A stretch of 64,000 bases of DNA from an uncultured Gammaproteobacteria bacterium (GTDB lineage Bacteria > Patescibacteriota > Patescibacteriia > UBA11705 > JABHMO01): contig CAZMEQ010000002.1 of assembly GCA_964565345.1 (NCBI GenBank), forward strand, positions 7,133 through 71,132. Reading direction: 5' to 3'. This document shows positions 40,458-50,107 of the stretch, piece by piece. The translations under genes were made by a program, and so were the position numbers. How positions within the stretch are numbered: the stretch's first letter is position 1; each line of letters begins with the position of its first letter. The notes below the pieces were generated by a model. That model did not search any database, was not told where the DNA came from, and worked only from the letters and a program-made list of their open reading frames with translations.

Positions 40458-42662
40458 ATGAAGCATCTTGTTATTGTAGAAAGTCCTACTAAGGCAAAAA
40501 CTATTTCTAAATTTTTAAGCCGCGACTATAAGGTCGAGTCTTCTTTTGGCCATGTTAGCGACTTGCCTACATCTAAACTTGGCGTTGACGTAGAAGACAA
40601 TTTTAAGCCAAGCTATGTCATCCCAGTCAAAGCGAAAAAGCAAGTTACCAAGCTAAAAGAGCTCGCTAGTAAAGCAGATGAAATTATTTTGGCTACCGAC
40701 CAAGACCGTGAAGGTGAGGCCATTGCTTGGCACTTAAAAAACATTTTAAAACCAACTAAATATACCCGCATTGCTTTTCATGAAATTACCAAAAAAGCGA
40801 TTGAAGAAGCCCTCGCTAAACCCATGGATTTAAACCTCAATTTGGTCGATGCTCAGCAAGCACGCCGTGTGCTAGACCGTTTAGTGGGCTATCAACTTTC
40901 GCCGTTCTTATGGAAAAAAGTGGCTCGCGGATTATCAGCTGGGCGCGTTCAAAGCGTAGCTGTCCGTTTGGTTGTCGAAAAAGAACGCGAACGTGACGCA
41001 TTTAAACAAACTGAGTATTGGACTATTGCTGGTGTTTTCTTTAAAGAAGAATCTAACAAGTTTCCAGCAACTCTTTTTGCTATAAAGGGTAAATCACTCG
41101 GGAAGCTCGGTCTAAAAAATCAAGAACAAAGTGAGAACATATTAAAAGAATTAACTGATGCTAATTTTTATATTGCTAAAATCACAAAAAAAACTAGTCA
41201 AAAAAAACCGCCAGTCCCGTTTACGACTTCAACCTTACAACAAGCAGCTAATAATCAACTAAATTTTTCGGCCAAACAAACCATGAAGTTAGCTCAAGAA
41301 TTATATGAAGGTATTAAGGTTGATCAAGAATCTGTCGGTCTTATCACCTACATGAGAACTGACTCTTTAAATTTATCCGACTCCTATTTAAACCCAGCCA
41401 GAGAATTCATCACCAAACAATTTGGTTCAGAATATTTACCCAGCAAAGCAGTCCGCTATAAAACTAATAGCAAGGGGGCGCAAGAAGCACACGAGGCAAT
41501 CAGACCAACCGATGTTTTTAAAACGCCTGAGTTAGTCAAGCCTTATTTAGAAGCAAATCAATACAAACTTTATAAATTAATCTGGGAACGCACTTTAGCC
41601 ACACAAATGACACCCGCTGTAATTGATGCCACAGCGCTAGATATAAATGATAACAACAACGTATATACTTTTCGAACCACTGGACAAACCATTAACTTCC
41701 CCGGCTTTTTGAAGGTTTATCCTACAGGCACTAAAGAAACAATTTTACCCACCTTAGTAGAAAAGGATTCTGTTAAGGCTGAAAATCTAAAACCCGAACA
41801 ACACTTTACTCAACCACCGGCCCGCTACACCGAAGCTTCGCTAGTTAAAGTTTTAGAGGAATATGGTATTGGTCGACCTTCAACTTATGCCCCAACCATC
41901 GCGACTATAATTGAACGTGGTTATGTTGAAAAAGAAGCCAAAGCCTTAAAACCTACAGAGATAGGCTGTTTGGTAAACGATATTTTAGTCGAACATTTTA
42001 AAGACATAGTTGATTATGACTTTACAGCCGAAATGGAAAATCAATTTGACCAAATCGAAGCAGGAAAAAAAGAATGGCAACCTGTTATTGCTAGCTTTTA
42101 TGGACCTTTCAAAAAAAATCTAGATGAGAAAACAGCCGAATTAACTAAAAAAGGCTTAACCGAAGAAAAAACTTCTGAAATTTGCGACAAATGTGGCTCT
42201 CCAATGGTAATTAAAGTAAGTCGTCATGGTAAATTCTTGGCTTGTACTAAATACCCTGAATGCAAAAACACTAAATCCATTGATGATAATGGTAAAATTG
42301 AAGCTAAAGCTCCAGAAAAAGTATTAGAGGAAAAATGCCCTGACTGTGGCTCCCCACTAGTAGAAAAAACCGGACGCTTTGGTCCTTTTGTTGGTTGCTC
42401 TAATTATCCCAAATGCAAATATATCAAGAAGAAAGACTATGGCACTGGCGTGCATTGTCCCCAATGCGAAACCGGAGAAATAGTCAGTAAGCGCGCTCGT
42501 GGAGGAAAAATATTTTTTGCTTGCAATAAATACCCTGACTGTAAATTCACTTTATGGAGCAAACCAACGGGCGAAAAATGTCCAAACTGCCAATCTCTTA
42601 TGGTCTATGCGGCCGAAGGTAAAACCGTTTGCAGTAATAAAGAGTGTTCCGCGAATAAATAA
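40458..42662 (+). CDS. topA: DNA topoisomerase I with C4 zinc fingers
   Basis: VIVESPTKAKTI, ATDQDREGE, SAGRVQS, ITYMRTD, GIGRPSTY. Confidence 0.98.
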   Translation: MKHLVIVESPTKAKTISKFLSRDYKVESSFGHVSDLPTSKLGVDVEDNFKPSYVIPVKAKKQVTKLKELASKADEIILATDQDREGEAIAWHLKNILKPTKYTRIAFHEITKKAIEEALAKPMDLNLNLVDAQQARRVLDRLVGYQLSPFLWKKVARGLSAGRVQSVAVRLVVEKERERDAFKQTEYWTIAGVFFKEESNKFPATLFAIKGKSLGKLGLKNQEQSENILKELTDANFYIAKITKKTSQKKPPVPFTTSTLQQAANNQLNFSAKQTMKLAQELYEGIKVDQESVGLITYMRTDSLNLSDSYLNPAREFITKQFGSEYLPSKAVRYKTNSKGAQEAHEAIRPTDVFKTPELVKPYLEANQYKLYKLIWERTLATQMTPAVIDATALDINDNNNVYTFRTTGQTINFPGFLKVYPTGTKETILPTLVEKDSVKAENLKPEQHFTQPPARYTEASLVKVLEEYGIGRPSTYAPTIATIIERGYVEKEAKALKPTEIGCLVNDILVEHFKDIVDYDFTAEMENQFDQIEAGKKEWQPVIASFYGPFKKNLDEKTAELTKKGLTEEKTSEICDKCGSPMVIKVSRHGKFLACTKYPECKNTKSIDDNGKIEAKAPEKVLEEKCPDCGSPLVEKTGRFGPFVGCSNYPKCKYIKKKDYGTGVHCPQCETGEIVSKRARGGKIFFACNKYPDCKFTLWSKPTGEKCPNCQSLMVYAAEGKTVCSNKECSANK

Positions 42663-42693
42663 AAAAAAGCCCCGAAAAAATCGGGACTTTTTT
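42661..42693. terminator. Bidirectional hairpin after topA
   Basis: A-run, cccgaaaaaatcggg hairpin, T-run. Confidence 0.7.
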
Positions 42694-42930
42694 AGTGTAG
42701 GGATCTGGATAGAAACCCCAATAACATTGTTGATGATAGGGTAATCACAGATACCCTACAGCGACAGTATAGCGAAATATTTTCAATAAAACAACAAAGC
42801 CGCCTTGCCATACTTCGAGAGCCTCAGTACGACAAAGCAGCTTATTCATAATAATCTTTAAATAAAACGAAAACTCCTAGACCATAGAGCCCAGGAGTTT
42901 TCAATTGAAGTTTCACCTATCATCAACAAC
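42665..42930 (-). ncRNA. Candidate structured RNA cluster (one or two transcripts)
   Basis: TTGACA-N17-TATACT at 42962-42934; hairpins at 42870-42901, 42797-42843 and 42696-42760; second possible promoter TTGTTT-N17-TATACT at 42794-42766. Confidence 0.5.
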
Positions 42931-43016
42931 ATCAGTATAGCAAATTTTTCTCTTGCTGTCAATAGAAAGCCAAAAATAACTTGCATTTTAGAGCGATTGT
43001 GGTTAAATACAATTAT

Positions 43017-44657
43017 ATGACCTATGCGAAAATTAGCGAAATAATTACCCAAAAACAACCAGAATCAACTTTTATTTTTCTAGAAAAAACATACGCTTTA
43101 TTAAAAGACGGCACCAAAGAGCTGTCTTTTATAGAACGAAATAGAGTCTATAATGCAGCTATCAATAGAGCTTACGAAGCCGCGCTCCAGGGCGCTAGAA
43201 CAGAATTTGTTTGTGCGACCATGCTTTTTGATTTAGCAGAAAAAACACCAAACTTTACTACCAAAATACTCCAAACCGTAAACGATAACGTCGCTAATTT
43301 TACTTATTGCTACATACTAGCCAAGCAACGCTTAACCGAAGTCTCCCAACTCGATCATAGCTATCGGACAGCCTTGAGACTAGCCACAATTAAAATAAAT
43401 TTCCCGGCCATTTGCGCGGCCATGCTCCACGAACTTCCAATTCATTCTGATACAAAAGTAGAAGAATTGGCTAAACTTTTTGGCGAGGAAGTTGGAACTC
43501 TTGTAACCAAATTTTTAAATATCCGTGTTATCAAGACTGCCAATAGTAGTCAGTATATTGCACACTTACGCGAGATGGTCGTAGCTATGGCGCAGGACCT
43601 ACGTGTGATAATTATAAAAATGTGTTCAAACATTGATCGCATGGAAAGCTATGGCGTAAACTATACCGCCGAAAAACTTCATGCTGTGGCGACTGAATCG
43701 ATGGAAATTTTAGCCCCATTGGCAAATGTTTTAGGTATCTGGGAGTTGCGTTGGAGGCTTGAGGATTTATCCTTCAAGATTTTACAGCCCGAAGAATACA
43801 AAAAAATTAACCAGCGTTTTAATCCAGACGAGCAAAAAAATAGACAAAGGCACATTCAAAAAATGATAACCCTAATTGAAAAAGAAGCTAAAGCCAAAAA
43901 CATCAAATGCCAAGTCGAAGGACGCTTTAAACACTACTACAGTATCTACCAAAAAATGAAGAACAAGAAAAAAGCCTTCAGCGAAATTTGTGATGTTTTT
44001 GCTTTACGCATTATTGTCTCTGAAATCGACGACTGTTATAGAATGCTCGGCCTTATTCATCAAAACTGGCGACCAAAAAAACGACGCATAAAAGATTATA
44101 TTGCGGCGCCTAAAAGCAATAATTATCGCAGTCTGCACACAACTGTTTTTGGCGTTAATGGGAGACCCACCGAATTTCAAATAAGGACCAAAGAAATGGA
44201 TGACCTAGCGAATTTTGGTATTGCGGCTCACTGGTTTTACAAAAATCCTAAAACAAAAACACCAAACTGGATGCAAGAACTGCTTATTCAACAACAAAGT
44301 TTTAAAGACGATGAAGAATTTTTAGCCGCTTTTTCATCCAGAATTCTCCAAGACCGCATTTATGTTTATACACCAAAGGGAGACGTTATTGCCTTGCCCG
44401 CGAAATCAACACCGGTTGATTTCGCCTATGCCATACACTCAGAAGTAGGCAATAAATGCTCTGGAGCCACTATTAATGATGTGGCGGCGCCTCTTAATGC
44501 CCAACTTTCCACCAACGATGTAGTCGAAATAACTCTGAATCGCGATCAAGCAGGGCCAAAACCTGAATGGTTAAATTTTGTGCAATCAAATAATGCCAAA
44601 AAACACATTCAGGAATATTTGGACAAGTTCCCAGTAGAACGTTCCTTTAGACTTTGA
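43017..44657 (+). CDS. RelA/SpoT homolog 1: degenerate hydrolase, synthetase, TGS
   Basis: GRFKHYYSIYQKM, DVFALRII, KDYIAAPKSNNYRSLHT, EFQIRT, GIAAHW, TPVDFAY; HDxxED replaced by HELPIH. Confidence 0.88.
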   Translation: MTYAKISEIITQKQPESTFIFLEKTYALLKDGTKELSFIERNRVYNAAINRAYEAALQGARTEFVCATMLFDLAEKTPNFTTKILQTVNDNVANFTYCYILAKQRLTEVSQLDHSYRTALRLATIKINFPAICAAMLHELPIHSDTKVEELAKLFGEEVGTLVTKFLNIRVIKTANSSQYIAHLREMVVAMAQDLRVIIIKMCSNIDRMESYGVNYTAEKLHAVATESMEILAPLANVLGIWELRWRLEDLSFKILQPEEYKKINQRFNPDEQKNRQRHIQKMITLIEKEAKAKNIKCQVEGRFKHYYSIYQKMKNKKKAFSEICDVFALRIIVSEIDDCYRMLGLIHQNWRPKKRRIKDYIAAPKSNNYRSLHTTVFGVNGRPTEFQIRTKEMDDLANFGIAAHWFYKNPKTKTPNWMQELLIQQQSFKDDEEFLAAFSSRILQDRIYVYTPKGDVIALPAKSTPVDFAYAIHSEVGNKCSGATINDVAAPLNAQLSTNDVVEITLNRDQAGPKPEWLNFVQSNNAKKHIQEYLDKFPVERSFRL

Positions 44658-44682
44658 TATAATAACAATATCACTTCCCAAA

Positions 44683-46134
44683 ATGATTAGCTTACGACAC
44701 TTAATTGATGAAATTCAAAAAAACGATTCCACTGCCGATACTTCATTGGTGGAGCGTGCTTATAATTTTGCCGAAGAAGCACATCGCGGCCAAAAAAGAG
44801 CTAGCGGAGAAGATTATATTCAACACTCTTTGTTAACAGCAAAAACTTTAGCTGAGCTAAAACTACCCATTCCCATTATTATTGCAGGTTTATTGCATGA
44901 TGTGCCCGAAGACACCACCAAAACTTTAGATGAAATAAGAAAAATTTTCGGCTCTGATATTGCCAAAATGGTTGAAGGCATTACCAAACTCGGAAAAATC
45001 AAGTATCGTGGTATGGATCGCTACATAGAAAATTTGCGTAAAATGTTTGTGGCCATGGCTCAAGATATTCGTGTCATTTTGATAAAATTTGCCGACCGCT
45101 TGCACAACCTTAAAACACTTTATGCCCTACCCGAACCAAAACAAAAGCGAATAGCCCTAGAAACTTTAGAAATATATTCTCCAATAGCCAATCGACTGGG
45201 AATTGGAGAACTTCAAGCCCAACTAGAAGATGCTGCATTTAAATATGCTTATCCAGAGGATTTTATAAACATCGAACAAGTCATCAAAAAAAATTACCCC
45301 CTCAAAAAGAAGACTCTTAACAGCATGATCCGGAAAATTAAAAACCGACTAGAACAAGACAACGTTAAATATTCCGACGTATATGGGAGAACAAAACATT
45401 ACTATAGTTACTACCGTAAATATTTAAAATACAATGCGGATCCCAAACAAATATATGACTTAGTGGCTATTCGCGTGATTGTTGAAAATGTCGCTGACTG
45501 CTACACTGTATTGGGAGCCGTGCACAATATTTGGCGGCCTATACGAGGGAGGATTAAAGACTATATTGCTCAACCAAAACCAAACGGCTACCAATCTTTA
45601 CACACTGCTGTTTTTGGCGATGAACAAGAAATTGTCGAAATACAAATTAGAACTAAAGAAATGCACGAGCAAGCGGAGTATGGTATTGCCGCACATTGGA
45701 ATTATAAAGAAGGCAAAAAAAGCCAACAGGAATTGGCCTGGGTTCAGGATTTGGCCAATTGGCTAAAAAACATAAACGACAATGATAAATTTTTAGAAGG
45801 AGCCAAAATTGATGTTTTTCAAAATAGAATTTTTGTTTTTACACCCCAGGGCGATGTCATTGATTTGCCCGACGGAGCCACCCCGGTAGATTTTGCCTAC
45901 CACATTCATACCGACATTGGCGATAAATGTTCCCAGGCGCGTATTAATAATGAAATAGTCTCTTTAAACTATAGGATTCGAAACGGTGATGTAGTCCAAA
46001 TAATCACAGATAAAAATCGTAAAGGTCCCAACCCCGATTGGCTGAGCTTTGTAAAAACCAGAACAGCCAGGCAACACATAGAAAACTACAAAAATAAAAG
46101 TTGGAAATCTTTTTTACCAATATTTTCAAAATAA
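44683..46134 (+). CDS. RelA/SpoT homolog 2: intact hydrolase, synthetase, TGS
   Basis: HRGQKRASGEDYIQH, LLHDVPED, ADRLHN, KDYIAQPKPNGYQSLHT, EIQIRT. Confidence 0.92.
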   Translation: MISLRHLIDEIQKNDSTADTSLVERAYNFAEEAHRGQKRASGEDYIQHSLLTAKTLAELKLPIPIIIAGLLHDVPEDTTKTLDEIRKIFGSDIAKMVEGITKLGKIKYRGMDRYIENLRKMFVAMAQDIRVILIKFADRLHNLKTLYALPEPKQKRIALETLEIYSPIANRLGIGELQAQLEDAAFKYAYPEDFINIEQVIKKNYPLKKKTLNSMIRKIKNRLEQDNVKYSDVYGRTKHYYSYYRKYLKYNADPKQIYDLVAIRVIVENVADCYTVLGAVHNIWRPIRGRIKDYIAQPKPNGYQSLHTAVFGDEQEIVEIQIRTKEMHEQAEYGIAAHWNYKEGKKSQQELAWVQDLANWLKNINDNDKFLEGAKIDVFQNRIFVFTPQGDVIDLPDGATPVDFAYHIHTDIGDKCSQARINNEIVSLNYRIRNGDVVQIITDKNRKGPNPDWLSFVKTRTARQHIENYKNKSWKSFLPIFSK

Positions 46135-46139
46135 AATTT

Positions 46140-48254
46140 ATGAAACACAAAGGTTTATTAATGCCACTGCTTTTAACGTTTGTTCTGTCTTTATTTTTTG
46201 TCCTGACAGGCAATGTCCAGGACACTTTTGCCACAGATAATAAATACTGGGCCACAACTTACTACCAGGCAACCATAACAAACAGCCAGGGGAACAGCAT
46301 GATCATATGCTGTGTTGGTAATTACATGGCCTGTCTAAATTCAAAAGCAACACAACAACCCTGCCCAGATGCTTCAGGTGGCAAGTGTGACACATTCTCA
46401 GAATTAGAAACATTCAACCCCGCTGCCGCCATAGTTGTTAGAAACCAATGTTACCAGGAATCATATTGTTTCCAAAAATTAGACAACCCCGGCTGGGATG
46501 GGCAAGATGAATGCAAACTTTCTGCTCCAGATAATTGCACCTCCAACTCACAATGTTCATCGACTGAATATTGCGACCTAACATCACAACCCAAAGCCTG
46601 TTTCCCCAAAAAAGCTAACGGTAAAATGTGTACCAATGATGATGAATGTTTATACAAAAATTGCCAAAAGCCAACAGCTGGGGGAGTTGGAACTGGTTTT
46701 TGCAATAGTCCTGAATGTAAAACCTGGACCTATTCAGCTTGGTCCCCCTGTGTCGCAGGCGAACAAGCCAGAACCAAGTCAAACCCAATGCCTTTGGGGT
46801 GTACTGGTGGCACCTCGGAACCGCTCATAAGAGCTTGTGGGCCTGGCACAACTTGCACCTGGACCTACTCACCTTGGTCGCCCGCCACTTGCACTGCCGG
46901 GCAAAAACAAAATCGCACAAAATTTAACCCACAACCAGATGGTTGTGACCAAATAAACAGTCCTGCTGAACCCTTACAACAAGATTGTCTTGTAATACCA
47001 AATTGCAATACCTTCGAATACAGTGAATGGGGCGCCTGTGTAGATGGACAAAAAACACGTACGATTAACGAAGCTTCAAAACAACCCACTGGATGTAATG
47101 TTGTAAATCCAACTCTGACCCAAGCCTGCGGGGCTGGTATAGTCGATTGTACTCCAGAATCTTTTACCTACTCAGCCTGGAGTTCCTGTGTAGCTGGTAA
47201 AAAAACTAGAACACTCGTGTCCCGTAATCCCGCTAACTGCGTCGGCGATCCACCCGGTCCCTTTCAACAAACATGCACTCTAACTTGTACTGCCTGGACC
47301 TATTCACCATGGAGCGAATGTGGCAAAGCACCTGCTGGAATAACCGCTGAACCCAATAAACAAAAGCGAACAATTTTAACTTCTACTCCGCAAGGTTGCA
47401 CGGGTGGAGCATCTGGACCTCTAGAAAAAGGCTGTGCATCAGCCCCGGCCGCGACCTCTTGTACCCCAAATCCATGTCCCAAAGGACAATATTGTAACGG
47501 GACTGCTTGTGTTGCTGGTGTTCCAAAGGGTCAAGCCTGTGCTGGAGACTTTCAATGCGCTGCCGGTTTTTGCTACAATAGCGTTTGTAGCGATGCCCTC
47601 TCTGATGATTGCGCCGCACTAAGTGGCGATCCAACTGGTTGCGAAACACAACCCAACTGTATGATAGGAGAAGGTACAACTTGTGTGGCTCGAGCCACCT
47701 ATGGCATGGCTTGTACTGGCTCAGGACAAGGAAATTGTTCTGAGGGCGAGTGTATCCCATTCTTAGGGAAATCCGAATGTCGAAAAACTTGTACTAAACA
47801 CAGCGACTGTCCTGAAGGAAATTATTGTATGGATACTAATACTGCAAAGTTTTGTAAGGTTCGCGAAAAAGAAGGTGCTGTCTGTAACGCTGATGGAGAC
47901 GTTTGTATATCAGGTATTTGCGAATCAGGTAAATGTAAAGGCAACGCACCACCCACGGTTGATGCTAGCGGTGGAATCGTTAAAGCCCAATCAGAATTTG
48001 AGCTGCCTAATTTCTTACGAGTAGACGACCCGAATGTAGTAGTAGGTAGAATTATTAAATATATTATTGGCTTTGCCGGGACTATTGCGCTATTAACCTT
48101 TATGTATGGCGGTACTCTTTGGCTAATTTCCGCCGGCAGAACTGATTATGTGACTAAAGGGAAAAATTATATGATTTGGTCCGCCATTGGTCTGGCCATT
48201 GTCTTTGGATCATACGTTCTTGTCTCTCAGGTCCTGGCTTTATTCGGTCAATAA
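46140..48254 (+). CDS. Cysteine-rich exported protein with five TSP1-like repeats and a C-terminal pilin-like TM pair
   Basis: Signal peptide; (W/F)xYSxWxxC...RT repeats; GRIIKYIIGFAG..MYGGTLWLISAG..KGKNYMIWSAIGL. Confidence 0.8.
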   Translation: MKHKGLLMPLLLTFVLSLFFVLTGNVQDTFATDNKYWATTYYQATITNSQGNSMIICCVGNYMACLNSKATQQPCPDASGGKCDTFSELETFNPAAAIVVRNQCYQESYCFQKLDNPGWDGQDECKLSAPDNCTSNSQCSSTEYCDLTSQPKACFPKKANGKMCTNDDECLYKNCQKPTAGGVGTGFCNSPECKTWTYSAWSPCVAGEQARTKSNPMPLGCTGGTSEPLIRACGPGTTCTWTYSPWSPATCTAGQKQNRTKFNPQPDGCDQINSPAEPLQQDCLVIPNCNTFEYSEWGACVDGQKTRTINEASKQPTGCNVVNPTLTQACGAGIVDCTPESFTYSAWSSCVAGKKTRTLVSRNPANCVGDPPGPFQQTCTLTCTAWTYSPWSECGKAPAGITAEPNKQKRTILTSTPQGCTGGASGPLEKGCASAPAATSCTPNPCPKGQYCNGTACVAGVPKGQACAGDFQCAAGFCYNSVCSDALSDDCAALSGDPTGCETQPNCMIGEGTTCVARATYGMACTGSGQGNCSEGECIPFLGKSECRKTCTKHSDCPEGNYCMDTNTAKFCKVREKEGAVCNADGDVCISGICESGKCKGNAPPTVDASGGIVKAQSEFELPNFLRVDDPNVVVGRIIKYIIGFAGTIALLTFMYGGTLWLISAGRTDYVTKGKNYMIWSAIGLAIVFGSYVLVSQVLALFGQ

Positions 48255-48298
48255 AGTAAAATTTAGCTAAATTTAGGTCAACCTCACTGCCAACGGGG

Positions 48299-48326
48299 TT
48301 GACTTTTTTATATTTTGTGCTATAAT
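48299..48326 (+). promoter_or_regulatory. Sigma70 promoter of GC-rich islet 1
   Basis: TTGACT-N16-TATAAT with extended TG; SD AGGAGG at 48373-48378. Confidence 0.7.
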
Positions 48327-48383
48327 GTAAGGTCGTAAAAACGACAAAAAGTTCTCTACAACAACGCTCGCAAGGAGGTTCCC

Positions 48384-49418
48384 ATGTCTCTGACCCTCAT
48401 CGGTATCATCGGTCTGTCCGTGATCGCGATGGCCGCCCTGGTGACCATGGTGCTGAAGAAGTGCCTGGTCGTCACCGAGTCGCCCAACCTGACCGTCGTC
48501 GGCGACTGGGGGAAGTCGCCGACCGACATCCTCAACCCGCCCTGGGAATTGATCTTCTACCCCGTCACCCAGGTGATGGGGGTCATCACGACCGAGGTGC
48601 AGCGGTACAACATGCCGCAGTGTACCCTGTCGTGCAGAATGCCCGACCCCAACGGTGGGGCAGGCATCGGGAAGATCAACACGAAGGAGGTTTCGCTCTG
48701 CTACCATTTCTACTTCTGGACCAGCAGCGAAATCCGCCTCCACTCACCTGGCACATCACTTCCCGCCGGCTTCTCGAAACTGATGCAACTGCGTAAGTTC
48801 TTCCAGTTCGTGGGATTCCTGGCCGACGGCAAGGTCGACTTCCCCAGCATGGAAGAGGCCCTGAAGGACAGCCTGCAAGGAGCCTTCTCCCAGATCAGCC
48901 GCACGCTGGAACTGGAAGAGGCCATCAACTTCCCGCAGGACAAGCTGGATGAGATCGCGCACGCACTACAGCAGGAGTTCTGGACCGAGGGCCTGCCCGT
49001 CAAGGTGGTGTCGCTCCAGAGGAATGCCCCGTTCGAACCGGAAGGTGAACTGGGCAAGTCCATCGCCGCACGTGTGGCGGCACTGGCCGCACTACCCACC
49101 AAGGTGGCCGAGGCCGAGAATGCCCGCCGTCTGGCGGTCATCAACGCCAATACCGCCCGTGAGGTGGCTGGCATCGAAGTCGAGACGGCAAAGCTGCAGG
49201 GCGACAAAGAAGTCGTCCGCATCGGCAAGGTGCTCGAGGCTTACCGCCTCGTGGCCCTGCCGCCCGAAGAGCAGGTGCGGCAACTCATGAACCTGGAACA
49301 GCTCCAGGTCTATCGCGAGATGGCCGCAAGCTCGAGTGCCAAAATCATGCTGGTGCCGACCGATGTTCTGTCCGGAATCGGCCGCGCGCTCAGCGCTTTC
49401 ACCGGAGGTCATCCATGA
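48384..49418 (+). CDS. SPFH/band-7-like membrane protein (GC-rich)
   Basis: N-terminal TM; VVGDWGK..ILNP..P SPFH-like start; AEA-rich coil; C-terminal REMAASSSAKIMLVP. Confidence 0.65.
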   Translation: MSLTLIGIIGLSVIAMAALVTMVLKKCLVVTESPNLTVVGDWGKSPTDILNPPWELIFYPVTQVMGVITTEVQRYNMPQCTLSCRMPDPNGGAGIGKINTKEVSLCYHFYFWTSSEIRLHSPGTSLPAGFSKLMQLRKFFQFVGFLADGKVDFPSMEEALKDSLQGAFSQISRTLELEEAINFPQDKLDEIAHALQQEFWTEGLPVKVVSLQRNAPFEPEGELGKSIAARVAALAALPTKVAEAENARRLAVINANTAREVAGIEVETAKLQGDKEVVRIGKVLEAYRLVALPPEEQVRQLMNLEQLQVYREMAASSSAKIMLVPTDVLSGIGRALSAFTGGHP

Positions 49419-50059
49419 ACCGAACCGTCACCATCTTCCTGTCCTCTGCCCTTGTGTTCGCGGGGCTCATCCTCGCGGACAGCATGTTCAACTGGGCGTG
49501 GTACTGGAAGGTGGGCGCGGCGGTGGGCCTGGGGATCATCCCCTGGTTCTTCGTTCGTCGATCGACCTCTGCCACCCCCGCAACCCCGGCCGCACCCGCG
49601 GCTGGCACTCGCCCCACCTGCCCCACCACCGCCCGCAGAGACTTCTGGGGCGACACGGCCATCCCGGCGGCAATCACGGTCGCTCTCTGGGCCGCGCTCG
49701 CCTACGGAGTCTGGTTCTGGGTCGTCATCCCGGTCGTGGAATCGGGCAAGGCAGACCCGCAGACCCGCGTCGTGAATAATGGGTTCGCCCATCACGACGC
49801 GACTTACCCGCGGGAAGTCAGTACCCACCCCTTCGAGGCCACCCTGTCGGCCAACCAGCCGACTGCGGTGTTCGAGGTCAAGGCCGGTGATCCCATCAAG
49901 ATCTACCGGCTGGACGCCCCGATCCGCGTCTGGGTCAAGGGGCAGAAGGGCTGGACGGAGTTTTCCACCCCCTACCGGTTCCGCCCCAAGCAGGACGGGA
50001 CACTCATGATTTCCTCTCCAACCCCGGGGAATCATGTGTACATTCACAACGAGGGTTAA
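49415..50059 (+). CDS. Hypothetical three-TM membrane protein (GC-rich)
   Basis: ATGA overlap with the upstream stop; GGAGG SD; Pro/Ala/Thr linker; beta-rich C-terminal domain. Confidence 0.7.
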   Translation: MNRTVTIFLSSALVFAGLILADSMFNWAWYWKVGAAVGLGIIPWFFVRRSTSATPATPAAPAAGTRPTCPTTARRDFWGDTAIPAAITVALWAALAYGVWFWVVIPVVESGKADPQTRVVNNGFAHHDATYPREVSTHPFEATLSANQPTAVFEVKAGDPIKIYRLDAPIRVWVKGQKGWTEFSTPYRFRPKQDGTLMISSPTPGNHVYIHNEG

Positions 50060-50100
50060 AAAACGCCCCACTGCAGCAACTGCAGCGGGGCGTCATTTTT
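50059..50100. terminator. Bidirectional terminator
   Basis: acgccccactgcag caa ctgcagcggggcgt with flanking A- and T-runs. Confidence 0.75.
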
Positions 50101-50107
50101 TGTAATT

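Noticed and set aside
42858-43058. 66-aa minus-strand ORF
   Set aside because: It spans the predicted promoter, overlaps the rel start and runs through a terminator-like hairpin; a non-coding interpretation fits better.
48273-50071. Many overlapping alternative-frame ORFs in the GC-rich islets (also 52607-53596 and 62145-63919)
   Set aside because: High GC suppresses stop codons; only one frame per gene matches the promoter, SD, terminator and G/C-ending codon pattern.
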